A stretch of DNA of 64,000 bases, taken from assembly GCF_009914755.1 (NCBI RefSeq), contig NC_060931.1. One strand, written 5' to 3'. Origin of the DNA: the human T2T-CHM13v2.0 reference genome, Homo sapiens. This document shows positions 1-27,299 of the stretch, piece by piece. The position numbers and the translations under genes were made by a program. Below the pieces are notes generated by a model. The model had not been told where the DNA came from and did no database searches. It saw only the letters and a program-made list of their open reading frames with translations. Every line of letters begins with the position of its first letter. Within the stretch, counting starts at the first letter, position 1.

Positions 1-281
1 GAGACAGAGTCTTGCTCTGTCACAGGCTGGAGTGCAGTGACACAATCTCGGGGCTTACTGCAACCTCTGCCTCCCAGGTGCAAGTGATCCTTGTCCTCAG
101 CATCCAGAGTAGCTGGGATTACAGGTGCCCACCACCATGCCCAGCTAATTTTTGTATTTTTAGTAGAGATGGGGTTTCATCATGTTGAATAGGCTGATCT
201 GGAACTTCTGACCTCAAGTTATCCGCCCACCTCAGCTTCCCAAAGTGCTGGGATTACAGGCATAAGCCACTGCACCCAGCC
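1..281 (-). mobile_element. Alu (AluS-like)
   Basis: Antisense Alu dimer consensus. Confidence 0.9.
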
Positions 282-422
282 TATAATAAGCCTTAAAATT
301 AGGTATTATAAGTCCTCAAACTTAATTCTTTTTCAAAATTGTTTTTTCTGTACTAGATACTTTGCATTTCCAAATTGAGAAGCTAGCAGCTTGTCAATTT
401 CTATTTTTAAAAAGCCTGACGG

Positions 423-1207
423 TCTTTAATCCATCTTAAGTTAATTTTTGTATAAGGTGTAAGGAAGGGATCCAGTTTCAGTTTTCTGCATATGGCTAGC
501 CAGTTTTCCCAATACCACGTCTTGAATAGGGAATCCTTTCCCCGTTGCTTATTTTTGTCAGGTTGCCCAAAGATCAGATGGTTGTAGATGTGTGGTGTTA
601 TTTCTGAGGTCTCTGTTCTCTTCCATTGGTCTATATATCTGTTTTGGTGCCAGTACCATGCTGTTTTGGTTCCTGTAGCTTTGTAGTATAGTTTGAAGTC
701 AGGTAGCATGATGCCTCCAGCTTTGTTCTTTTTGTTGAGGGTTGTCTTTGCTATATGGGCTCTTTTTTGGTTCCACATAAATTAAAGTAGTTTTTTCTAA
801 TTCTGTGAAGAAAGTCAATGGTAGCTTGATGGGGATAGCATTGAATCTATAAATTACTTTGAGCAGTGTGGCCATTTTCACAGTATTGATTCTTCTTGTC
901 CATGAGCATGGGATGTTTTTCCATTTGTTTGTGTCCTTTCTTATTTACTTGAGCAGTGGTTTGTAGTTCTCCATGAAGAGGTCCTTCACATCCCTTGTAA
1001 GTTGGATTCCTAGGTATTTTATTCTCTTTGAAGCAATTGTGAATGGGAGTTTACTCATTATTTGGTGCTCTGTTTGTCTATTATTGGTGTACAGAAATGC
1101 TTGTAATTTTTGCACATTGATTTTGTATCCTGAGGCATTGCCGAAGTTGCTCATCAGCTTAAGGAGATTTGGGGCTGAGATGATGGGGTTTTCTAAATGT
1201 ACAATCA
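423..1207 (-). mobile_element. Inverted ORF2 segment (part 1) of an older 5'-inverted L1PA7-like element
   Basis: Antisense L1 ORF2 peptides (WNQKRA..., KINVQK...). The sequence resumes seamlessly after the younger L1's TSD at 7438. Confidence 0.9.
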
Positions 1208-7426
<6,219 letters not shown>

Positions 7427-7437
7427 ATGTACAATCA

Positions 7438-7690
7438 TGTCATCTGCAAACAGAGACAATTTGACTCCCTGTCTCCCTATTTGAATACCCTTTCTTTCTT
7501 TCTCTTGCCTGATTTCCCTGGCCAGAACTTCCAATACTATGTTGAATAAGAGTGGTGAGAGAGGGCATCCTTGTCTTGTGCCAGTTTTCAAAGGGAATGC
7601 TTCCAGCTTTTGCCCATTCAGTATGATATTGGCTGTGGGTTTGTCATAAATAGCTCTTATTATTTTGAGATACATTCCATCAATACCTAA
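7438..7690 (-). mobile_element. Inverted ORF2 segment (part 2) of the older L1PA7-like element
   Basis: Antisense [18 protein letters not shown]...LFADDMIV, contiguous with 423-1207 once the insert is removed. Confidence 0.9.
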
Positions 7691-8864
7691 AACCATAAAA
7701 ACCCTAGAAGAAAACCTAGGCAATACCATTCAGGACATAGGCATGGGCAAAGACTTCATGACTAAGACACCAAAAGCAATGGCAACAAAAGCCAAAATTG
7801 ACAAATGGGATCTAATTAAAGTAAGGAGCTTCTGCACAGCAAAAGAAACTATCATCACGTGAACAGGCAACCTACAGAATGGGAGAAAATTTCTGCAGTC
7901 TATCTATCTGACAAAGGGCTAATATCCATACAGAATGGGAGAAAATTTCTGCAGTCTATCTATCTGACAAAGGGCTAATATCCAGAATCTACAAGGAACT
8001 TAAACAAATTTACAAGAAAAAAACAACCCCATCAAAAAGAGGGCAAAGGGTACAAACATAGACTTCTCAAAAGAAGACATTTATGCAGCCAACAAACATA
8101 TGAAAAAAAGCTCATCATCACTGGTCATTAGAGAAATCCAAATCAAAACCACAACGAGATGCCATCTCACGTCAGTTAGAATAGCAATCATTAAAAAGTC
8201 AGGAAACAACAGATGCTGGAGACAATATGGAGAAATAGGAACGCTTTTACTGTGTTGGTGGGAGTGTAAATTAGTTCAACCATTGTGGAAGACAGTGTGG
8301 CGATTCCTCAAGGATCAAGAACCAGAAATACCATTTGACCCAGCAATCCCATTACTGGGTATATACCCAAAGGATTATAAGTCATTCTACTATGAAGACA
8401 CATGCACATGTATGTTTATTGCAGCACTGTTAATAATAGCAAAGATTTGGAACCAACCCAAACGCCCATCAGTGATAGACTGGATCAAGAAAATGTGCAC
8501 ATATACAACATGGAATACTATGCAGCCATAAAAAAGGATGAGTTCTTGTCCTTTGCAGGGACATGGATGAAGCTGGCAACCATCATTCTCAGGAAACTAA
8601 CACAGTAACAGAAAACTAAACATCACATGTCCTCACTCATAAGTGGGAGTTGAACAATGAGAACACATGGACACAGGGAGGGGAACATCACACACCGGGG
8701 CCTGTCAAGGGGTGTGGGGCTAGGGGAGGGATAGCATTAGGAGAAATACCTAATGTAGATGACAGGTTGATGGGTTCAGCAAACCACCATGGCATGTGTA
8801 TACTTATGTAACAAACCTGCACATTCTGCACATGTATCCCAGAACTGAAAGTATAAAAAAAAAT
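7685..8864 (+). mobile_element. Forward 3' segment of the older L1PA7-like element (ORF2 end, 3'UTR, A tail)
   Basis: Starts at ACCTAAAACCATAAAA; 3'UTR with GGAGAAATACCTAATGTAGATGAC...CCCAGAAC of L1PA7 type; A tail at about 8855-8864. Confidence 0.9.
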
Positions 8865-9111
8865 AAAGGCTAATGGAATTTTGACTGGGATGGTGATGAA
8901 TCAATATATCAATATATATCAATCAATATATCAATGTGATATCGATATATCAATATTTATATCAATATATCAACGTGTCTACTAAAAATAATGTGAGGAG
9001 ATTTGACATCTTGTATTGAATTAGATTTTCCTTAAATATGGTATTTTCCCCTACTTATTTAACTCTGCTTTAATTTCTCTCAGTAATGTTTTATACTTTT
9101 CAGAGGACGGG

Positions 9112-9477
9112 TGCTATTGACTGAATGCGTCCTTCAAAAGTTCATAATCCCCAATGTGATGATATTTCCAGATGGGGCCTGTGGGAGGTAATTAGGTCAT
9201 GAGTATGGAGCCTCACAATGGGATTAGTGGCCTTAAAAGAAGTTACAGAAGACAGTTTCCTTCCTCTCTAACTCCACCATGTGAGGAACAACAAGAAGAC
9301 TGTTGTCTGCAAACCAGCAAGAAAGCCTCATCAGAACTGAGCATGCCAGCATGATCAGTATCACCAGCAATACTGTGATCTCAGAATGCCCAGCTTCCAG
9401 AACTGTAAGAAATAAATTTCTGTTATTTAAGTCACCTGGTCTATAGTACTTTCGTTATAGCTACTTGAACTAAGACA
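9112..9477 (+). mobile_element. MaLR solo LTR (MLT1A/MST-like)
   Basis: TGCTA...CTAAGACA termini; ccagaactgtaagaaataaatttctgttatttaag motif. Confidence 0.8.
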
Positions 9478-9576
9478 ACAGAACCTGAATATATTTGTTG
9501 TTTATCTCTAATTATTACATATTCTGTACATTATTGTAAGTGACTTTAAGATTTCAGTTTCCAAATGCTATTATTA

Positions 9577-9901
<325 letters not shown>

Positions 9902-10084
9902 GAAAGAACGAAAGAAAGGAAGGAAGGAAGGAAGGGGAGAGAATTGATTTTTGTTTTTGACCTTGTATCCTATAACTTTGTAAAATTTCATTTTAGTTCT
10001 AGTAGCTTTTTAATAGATTTCTTACAATTTTCTACTTAATCATGTTGTCTGTGAATAAAGACAATTTTACTTCTTTTCTAAAGT

Positions 10085-15990
<5,906 letters not shown>

Positions 15991-16051
15991 GGTAGCCCTA
16001 AATTTGCAGTATTGATTTCCAACTAATCCTAGTCCACTTTCAAATGACACT

Positions 16052-16313
16052 ACATTTGGCTCTAGCAATATATGTGTTTGAACAGCATGGGTCCACTTTT
16101 ACAAGGATTTTTTTTCAATAAATCCAGTCAACCCTCCCTCTTGTAGAGTTTGGCATCCACAACCAAATGCAGATTGCAGGATGCAAAATCCCCCAGTAAA
16201 GAGGGCCAACTTTTCTCTCATGCAAGGTATGCAGAGGGACTCGAGTATGTGTGGATTTTGGTATCCACAGGGGTCTTAGAATGAATGCTCCACAGATACC
16301 AAGGGATGATTGT
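16052..16313. mobile_element. Tigger2/MER2-type MITE
   Basis: tttgaacagcatgggtccact...ggattttggtatccacaggggtc...gataccaagggatgattg resembles the MER2/Tigger2 termini. Confidence 0.6.
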
Positions 16314-16645
16314 GTACTGCTTCACCTTATAATAACAAAATAATCATAATTACTCCGTCCTGCCAATTATATCATTGCTGTCATTAATTTTATTTTACTC
16401 ATATAGAAGCATATATGTGTGTGAGTGTGTGTGTGAATGTGTGTGTGTGTGTGTACCTAAGCATATGTAATTGATTTTTCAGTCTGTTCAGCTTTTTATT
16501 TGTTAGGATGCAGTAGCACCAAGTTCCTTACATGAAGAACCCCAAACCAGAAGCTATTTTATTGTCCAATTGCATTGTATGGGACCTCCAGTACAATGCT
16601 GAATAAAAGTGGTTTAAAAAAAAAAAAAAAAAAAAAGGTGTTCCA

Positions 16646-19392
<2,747 letters not shown>

Positions 19393-19660
19393 TTATGCTG
19401 GCTATGAAGCTCTGGGTCCTGTTAAAATCTTCTAAAGATACTGATTTTTGTTTGTTTGTTTTAGTAAGTAATCAATCTGGTTAGGCTCAGATCACAAGTT
19501 CTGTCATGCCTTCAGGGACAGTAATTTCAATATTTAGTTTTCAAAGCCTTTGCTATGTTCTTTGGGTCTGTACATTACATGCAACACTCGCGAGTTGTTC
19601 TGAGACCTTTGTGGTATTTTTATCATAGTTCATTTCTCAAAGCCTTAACTATGTTTTCTT

Positions 19661-20091
19661 GAGTAGTCCTCCCCTTATCTGCATGGGATGCGTTTATACG
19701 ACTTCCAGTGGATGCCTCAAACTGTGGATAGTACCCTATATATCCTATACAGGCACTGTGGCTATAACTTTTGCAGTTTGAGATGTGATAGCAAAACTAG
19801 TACAAAATTGTCTTCTCCACAATTTCACAAATAGAAGATTTGTTCTTATCATAGATTTTAGCAACCTCAGCATATGATTTTTTTATTTCCTTATTAAGTC
19901 AAAAACTTTCACTTTTTCACTTAAAGGAAGCACTTTATGGCTCCTCTTTGGTATATCCAAGTAGTCAGCATCACTACTCTTGTACTTTGGGGCCCTTATG
20001 AAGTAAAATAGGGTTAGTTGAGTGCAAGCACTGAGATACATCAACAGTTGATCTGATAACTGAGATGGCTACGAAATGACTAGTGGGCAGG
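19661..20091 (-). mobile_element. MER44 (Tigger7-derived), partial copy
   Basis: AGTAGTCCTCCCCTTATC terminus; colinear with the neighbouring copy at 20343. Confidence 0.7.
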
Positions 20092-20342
20092 TGTCTGATT
20101 TAACAGTGACTTCAAAGCACATATTATAAATATGTCTGAAGAATGAAAGGAAACCATATTTAAAGAATTAAAGAAGAGTACGATGTAATTCATCAGAGAA
20201 TATCAATAAGTAGAAATTTTTAGGAAACCAAATTGAAATTCCTAAGAGGAAAATTATAATAATTGAAAAATTCGCTGGGGGGGTTCAATGGTAGATTTGA
20301 ACAAGGAGATCAGTGAACTTGAAGACAGATCAGTAGAGATTA

Positions 20343-20930
20343 CAGTAGTATCTCCTTATCCATGGGGGATATGTTCCAAGATCCCCAGTGGATGACTGAA
20401 ACCAGGATTAGTACCAAACTCTGTATATACTATGAACTAATTTATTTTTCATTCTTCACAATTTCACAGGCAGAAGATTCATTCTAACCTTAGATCTTAG
20501 CAATCTCAGCATATAGTTTTTTTCTTTCCTTATTAAATTGAGAATGTTTCACTTTTTCACTCACAGGAAATACTTTATGGCTTCTCTTTGGTATGTCCTA
20601 ATTGCTGGCATTACTACTCTTGTGCTTTGGAGCCATTATTAAGTAAAATAAGGGTTACTTGAATATGAGCACTGAGATATCACAACAGCAAATCTGATAA
20701 CCAAAACAGCTAAGCTACTGAGTGACAATTGGGTGGGTAGGGTAGACAGTGTGGATATGCTGCACACTGGAGTGAGACAGTGCAAGATTTCATCATGTTT
20801 CTCAGAACTGTGTGCAATTTAAAATTTACAAGTTATTTCCAGAATTTTCCATTTAATATTTTCAGACTGCAGTTCATCATGGGAAACTGAAACCTCAGAA
20901 AGCAAAGCCAAAGATAAGAGGGGCCTACTG
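20343..20930 (-). mobile_element. MER44 (Tigger7-derived), complete MITE
   Basis: Terminal inverted repeats CAGTAGTATCTCCTTATC / GATAAGAGGGGCCTACTG, flanked by TA on both sides. Confidence 0.8.
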
Positions 20931-22526
20931 TACTCCATGTTTGTGCAGGAGTAGGGCTGACCCTGTTACTTACATAGTTTCAAGCATAGAATTAGGATCA
21001 CCTTCTCTAGTTCTCTCCTACATGGGATTTCTGCTACACTTTACAGTTTTTGTGGGCCCCCTTTGTTATGGCCAAAAGGATCAGGCTGTCTTAAAGATTT
21101 TGCCTTATGCTGCCATTCACTTCTAAGTAGTTGGGGCTGCCCTCGAGGTAAAATATCAAGAAAAAAAGAGAAAGAGTATCGGGATTCCCTCACACACTCT
21201 CTTTCCAGTTCCTCTATTCAGAGAGACAGTGCTCTCTTTTATTCTTAGGAAACCTCACAGCCTGGCAGTGGCAGTGCAAATCTATGTTTGGAGCTGGCTT
21301 TGTGGCAGGGCCAGCAGACCAAAACGGAAAGAAAAAAATCGGGATTTCCCTACAATTTCTGTGTGGCAGGAGCCCCTTTTCTTCTACACAGTTCTCAATT
21401 CAGCCTGCTTTTAAGTGAAAGCCAGAAGATAAAGGAGGAAAAAAGAAACAAGGAAACTGAAACTTATTGGTATGTCTTATTTCTTAAACTGGGTGTTAGG
21501 CATAAAGATGTTCTTTTTACTATTATTCTTTAGACTTTATTCATACTTTATTCTTTTGTATGAATGAATTACTTTGCACAGAAGGAAATGAAGCAAAAAT
21601 AAAAGAAAATAAAAATCGAAAACCTGGCCCATGACCATGGAAATTGGTCGAGTTCTGACTGAAGCAAATCCAAAATTGTTCTACAGGGAACAAGAAAAAT
21701 TTTATTGTAATCTAGAATGTAAAGGATTTTCAGAAAAGAGAACTCCCGCTGAAGATGAGCTATAAATAAAAATTTATACGCCATGACAAGAAATAAACCA
21801 CCATGAGACAGAGTTTGTTTATGTAGCAAAAGAGAAACAGCAACCTCATAACAGAACAGACTAGAATAATTTTGCATCAGTATGTTTAAAATAATTAAAA
21901 AGGCAAGAGAAGGTAAAGAAACCACAGTAAAATAAACGGGGCAGTTTAAAATAAGAGAAAACAGATTTTTTAAAGAACCAAATAAATATTCTAGCAATGA
22001 TAATATAGTCATTGGGATGAAAAATTCAATGCAGATATTAAACAATGGATTAGCAAAGATTGGATTAGCAAAGATTCATTAGCAAAGATGTTCTAATGAA
22101 TTAGAACATAGATTTGAGGAAATCATCCAGAATGAAATACAAAAAGATGAAGAGGCATAAATCATATAAACACAGTTAAGAGATATGGATGACAGAATGA
22201 GAAATTAAAGTACATGTCTAAATGAGAGCTCCAAAAGTAAAGAATAGAAAGAGCAAGGACATGCTGAAGGTTTATAAATTGGAGACTTTAGACAAAGAAA
22301 GCATATTGACTTCTGAGCAGGACAAATAAAACTAAACCATATTAACAATTTTCTAACAATCTTCCATAAAATAAAAGAGGCAACATTTGCCCTTCTAATT
22401 TTACCCTAATATCAAAACCAGAAAAAGACATGAAAGAATACTTTGGACCAATATCCTTCATGAAAATAAAAGTAAAAATCCTCACAAATTTAGCAAGTTG
22501 AATCTAGCAATTTATAGAAAAGATAA

Positions 22527-23706
22527 TGATGGCAGTGGCTGGTGCCATCACGCTGGCTGCAGCAGGGAGGAAAGGCTGGGACTGCAGACCCAGGCCTCCC
22601 ACTCCATGGGGCAGTCAGGAGCCCCACCCTCCTGGACGGTGCTACAGCCGCCCAAACTGCAGCTGTAGATCCGAGCCTCCCTGCGCTCTTGAAGTGGGGC
22701 TGGGAACAGGCAGGATCTGCCCTCTTGGGTGCAGCTGCAGCCGCCTGACCAGCAGCTGCAGACCTGGGCCTCCCACAACATGGAGCAGGCAGGAGCTGGG
22801 GAATCCCGCCCCTGCTGAGTTGGCCTGCGGGAGCTCCCTGGGTGCAGCTGCCACTGCCCTCTCACCCACGGGACCCAGGCATCTCTGCAGCCTGTACCCT
22901 CTGGTGCCCCGGAAGGCCCCCCTATCCCTGCAGGCTTGGGGTGTCTGCTCCCGCTGCCTGACCTCTCTCCTCTCCTGACCTCTCTCCTCTCCTGGAGCTG
23001 GCTCAGATCTTGGAGTGGGGTTGGGGTTGAGCCCTGGGGCCATGAATGGCAGCGGGAGGCAGACAGATTCTTGGGTGGAAGGGGGCAGGTCCCCAGTAAG
23101 GCTCTACCTTCAGTCCAGGAAGGGCCTGAAGGCTGGGGGCCAACTGCCAGTACTGCATACCAGTTTGGGGACTCATGGGGCCTCTTCCAGCAGCCCATGG
23201 CTGCCCATGGACCAATCAGCATGAACTTCCTCCCCTCTGAGGTCCATAAAAGCCCTGGACTCAGCCAGAGCAGGGCAGAGGATGGCCAAAGGACGAAGAG
23301 GGTAGACAGACTACACAAGGACCAGCTGCAGAAAGGAGCTACCGTCTCTGCCGAGAGCTTCAGAGACAACCTGCCAGCAGACAGGAGGCACCCTCTCCAG
23401 GGCCTCCTCTCCACTGAGAGCTGCAGACATCAGGACAACCAGTAGTAGAGAGGAGCTACCCTCTCCAGGGCCACCTCTCTAATGAGAACTGAATGCTGGA
23501 CAGATGATCTTCCTACAGAAAGGAGCTACCCACTGTGGGTCTCCTCTGAGCTCTTGTAACACTTAATAAAGCTCATCTTCGTCTCGTTCACCCTTCACTT
23601 GTCTGCGTACCTCATTCTTCCTGGATGCAGGACAAGAATTCGGGCAAAGGTGCTGTGGCCACAGAGGTTTCTGGCCAGGAAATTGGCAACGCAAAACTCC
23701 CTGACA
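22527..23706 (+). mobile_element. MER52-type ERV1 solo LTR
   Basis: TGATGGCAG...TGACA termini, 4-bp TSD ATAA (22523-22526 and 23707-23710), GC-rich body, CCAAT, cataaaa TATA-like motif near 23245, AATAAA near 23565; inserted in an old L1 ORF2. Confidence 0.85.
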
Positions 23707-24810
23707 ATAACATGATGAAATGTAGCTTATTGAGGGAATGAAACACTTGAAAAACAATCACTGTAATACACCATATCAATAAATTAGAAGAAAAACAATA
23801 TGATCATCTTCATAGATACAGAAAAAGCATTTGACAAAATGCAACATTCACTTATGATAAAAAGTCTAAGCAAATTAGAAAGTAAACTTCCTTAACTTGC
23901 TAAAGGGCATCTTTAAAAATCTACCGCTAACTTCCTAATTGTTGTTGAAATTTCCCTCATAAATAGGAAATAAATCAAGGATTTTTGCTTTTGCCACTCC
24001 AACTCAATATTGTAGTGGCGGTCTTAGCCAGTGCAATAACACCAGGAAAGAAAAGCCATACAGAGAAAGGAAGAAATAAAACTGTCTATTTGCAGTTTCA
24101 CATAGAGATTTCAAATAGAATTAGTACCTATATATAGTCATTAAATACTTCTCAATGTTGATAGTTATTAGTTAAGATTGTTGAGTTTATTAATATTTCA
24201 TAAGAATAATAGAAGTCATAAGATATATCTCTTTTTAAATAGTTTATAATTCAGAAAGTTAAGTTCTTATGGCTTTTCTCTTAAGCTAAATTGCTGAAGT
24301 CTTTGTTTTGGTTACCTTTTCTTCTGAAAACTCTCTTATGACCTCTGCTGTCCATTTATTGAACATAAATCATTAAATAAAATATTCGTTGACATTTATG
24401 TCTAGATGGTAAGAAATCTTCTGCCCATCTGATTATTTGAGTCAGTTTTAGGAAACAATATATGCTAAGAAATGCTTTAAAATTGTTTTCTTATAAATGT
24501 AATATATTTTCACTATTGATAACACACAAAAAATTGCAGTAACCACTCATCATATCACTGCTTAAAGATAACAACTGTTATCAAGTGGTACATATCCCTC
24601 TGGAATTGTTTCTGTAAAGTATAATTTTATGTTAAATTTATTATTATTATTACACAATTGAGATCATACTATACGTGCAATTTTGTATATATTCTTTTCA
24701 CTTTATATATGGACTATTTCCCATATCAAGATATAATGTTTAAATTGTTGCATAATATATCAGCTATATACTAATTTATGTAATACTGTCTTATTTGCGA
24801 GCATTTAACA

Positions 24811-25095
24811 TTTTTTTTTTGAGACAGAGTTTCAGTCTTGCCATCCAGGCTGGAGTGCAGTGGTGTGATCTCGGCTCACTGCAACCTCTACCTCCTGTGT
24901 TTAAATGATTCTCCTGTCTCAGCCTCCTGAGTAGCTGGGATTACAGGCATCCATCACCACGCCAAGCTAATTTTTAGCAGAGATGGAGTTTCACCATGTT
25001 GGCCAGGCTGGTCCTGAACTCCTGACCTCAGGTGATCCACCCGTCTCAGCCTCCCAAAGTGCTGAAATTACAGGCATGAGCCACTGCACCTGGCC
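24811..25095 (-). mobile_element. AluS
   Basis: Antisense Alu with TSD GAGCATTTAA. Confidence 0.9.
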
Positions 25096-26549
25096 AGGGA
25101 GCATTTAAATTGATGCAATTATTTTCTCTTACAAGTAACCCTATAAAACGTAATTCCTTGAGCATACCTAATTTTATGCTTACATCCCCAAGAGCACAAT
25201 TTCTGAGTCATAGAAAAAGCTTTTCATTCTTATTGCTGAATTGAACTCTAAAAATTTTGTGCTAACTTAACACTCCTACCAGAAGTATATGTTCATGACC
25301 ACGGAAATAGCTTTTTAAAACTAAGATGTGAAAATATCTTAGAAACAAACTCTAAATAAGGAGAAAAAAGTTGTATATAATTTTCTACTTATGAGGTGAA
25401 TAATTTCATTTTTTCTTCAAAGGTGTCAGGAAAATGGACGTTTTGGTAGAGTGATAAAAGGGCCAGACCTTCTAATTGCTTAATCTTAATGTTTCTGAAT
25501 CTGAATCCTCATCTATAGTGTGAGGAGAATAATTTCCCTCCTAATTAGTGAGGATACATTGAGATGACGCATGTGAACATGGTTTGACAATTATAATGTC
25601 ATATGGATGGAAGATACAACTTTTATTAATCACTGTTGATATGTGGACAGATTTGATACTCATTATACTGTTTTTAAGTGTCTATAACTTTAAATATTTT
25701 ATGCCAATCTTAATATTAATAATTTTCTCCATTTTCAACATTGTATGATCAGCAAAGTAAATTTTCAGTCAATTCTATTTGGTTTTTATTTGAAAAAGTA
25801 AAATAATGATCATGCAACATAGAAAATTATAGTTCAGTTGCCAATTCCATTAACTTAGTTTGTCTCAGAAAAGGAAAAATTACCATAGACACAGAATTAA
25901 CTATTAGAATTAATATTTAATCTAAAAATGTCTAGTGTTTCTACAGAAAATTTGAGTACCTTCTCAACTTCCTTAAACCAGTGCCTTTTTCAAATTTCTT
26001 TTCAAAGTTACACCTCTCAATTTTCATAAAAAATAGTTTGAAGATTATTCTGAATAATTATAACCAATGAAACACAAAGACAAGAAAAGAACTATTGCAG
26101 TGGGCCCTTGCTGAACCTGAGCTAGCACCTATAATGAGTGAGTCTTCACCAAAAGAATAAGGAGGGAGGAAGGACTAGAAGGACAGAAAAGAGGCAATGA
26201 TAACTTAAGAGAACACTGAATTTTTAAAAATTTTAAAAAGGTAGTGGCTAGCAGAGAACCTGAGACTTGTACCCATGAGAACTTTAGCCCAGTCTATCTA
26301 TCACGATAGCCCCAAGAATTCTGGTCATTGTACTTGGGTAAGGGCTTCTATTTTTTAAGGCACTTGCATTTTATGAAATGTTAGTGTTTGCAGGTGTCTT
26401 GGCTAAATAATTTAGGGAATACATTTTAGGAGGAAGTAGGGGCACAGAGGGGGAGAGAGAAACCAGGCAGGAAAGAAGAAAAAAAGAAAAAAGAAGAAAA
26501 TAAATCTTTCTGTTCCCATTATTTTACTGCCTATAGAATTATAAAAGGT

Positions 26550-26551
<2 letters not shown>

Positions 26552-26591
<40 letters not shown>
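26552..26591. repeat. (CA)n microsatellite about 1.3 kb upstream of the ATG
   Basis: About 20 uninterrupted AC units. Confidence 0.95.
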
Positions 26592-26593
<2 letters not shown>

Positions 26594-27299
26594 CTTATAG
26601 GGTCATTTAGAACCATCTTTCTTCATTTTAAAACTAAAGAAACAGGTCTAGGTGACACAGATGAAGCAGTGGCAGAGCCAGGAAAATAATCTGACCCTTG
26701 TCCCTGCTCTTTCCACCGCACCATGGTGACTCTCTTTTTTGTGTCTTTTTTTTTTTTTTTCACTCTAAAACTGAGGATCATTTGTAGTCAAAGAGATCAA
26801 TGCTATTCTCAAAACAAGTTCTGATCTCTCATAATTTTCTTGGTAACTCAGAATCAATGTTAAGTACGTTGAAATAAAAATACAGTTCTTTACACGGTAA
26901 TTTTGTAGACTGTGCACCACGGTCCCATCCATTTTCTTACTTGATCCTTACAAAAACCCTTTGAGGCAAGGCAAGGAAGGTATTATTATCTACATTTTTA
27001 AAGTGAGCAAATTAAAACCCAAAGTAAGGTCACTTAGGGTCAGGACGGAGCAAGTACTCTATTCCTATATTTGGAATATAGGAGGGAATACACTTCCAAA
27101 GAGGCAATTCCCTCAAAAAGCACCAATCTTGCTCTTTACTTTCTTACCAAGGCATTCTCCATGCCCTGGAGATGCCCTCACTAAGTTAGTGAAGCTTGGA
27201 TGTTGACATCCACAGAGGTTACTCCTAGTTTGCACCTAGTTGTCATCTTAAAAAGCGCAGTTTCTTACCCCTTCCCTTGGTCCTGATCCTTATTTAGGC

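Noticed and set aside
8895-8975. (ATCAATAT)n-like repeat, and the TGGATTAGCAAAGAT x~3 repeat at 22046-22089, as possible array structures
   Set aside because: Short slippage repeats inside old L1 sequence with no unique spacers; not CRISPR-like.
22526-23445. Overlapping long ORFs (up to 288 aa) on both strands
   Set aside because: All lie within the GC-rich MER52 LTR, where stop codons are scarce by composition; no recognisable domain.
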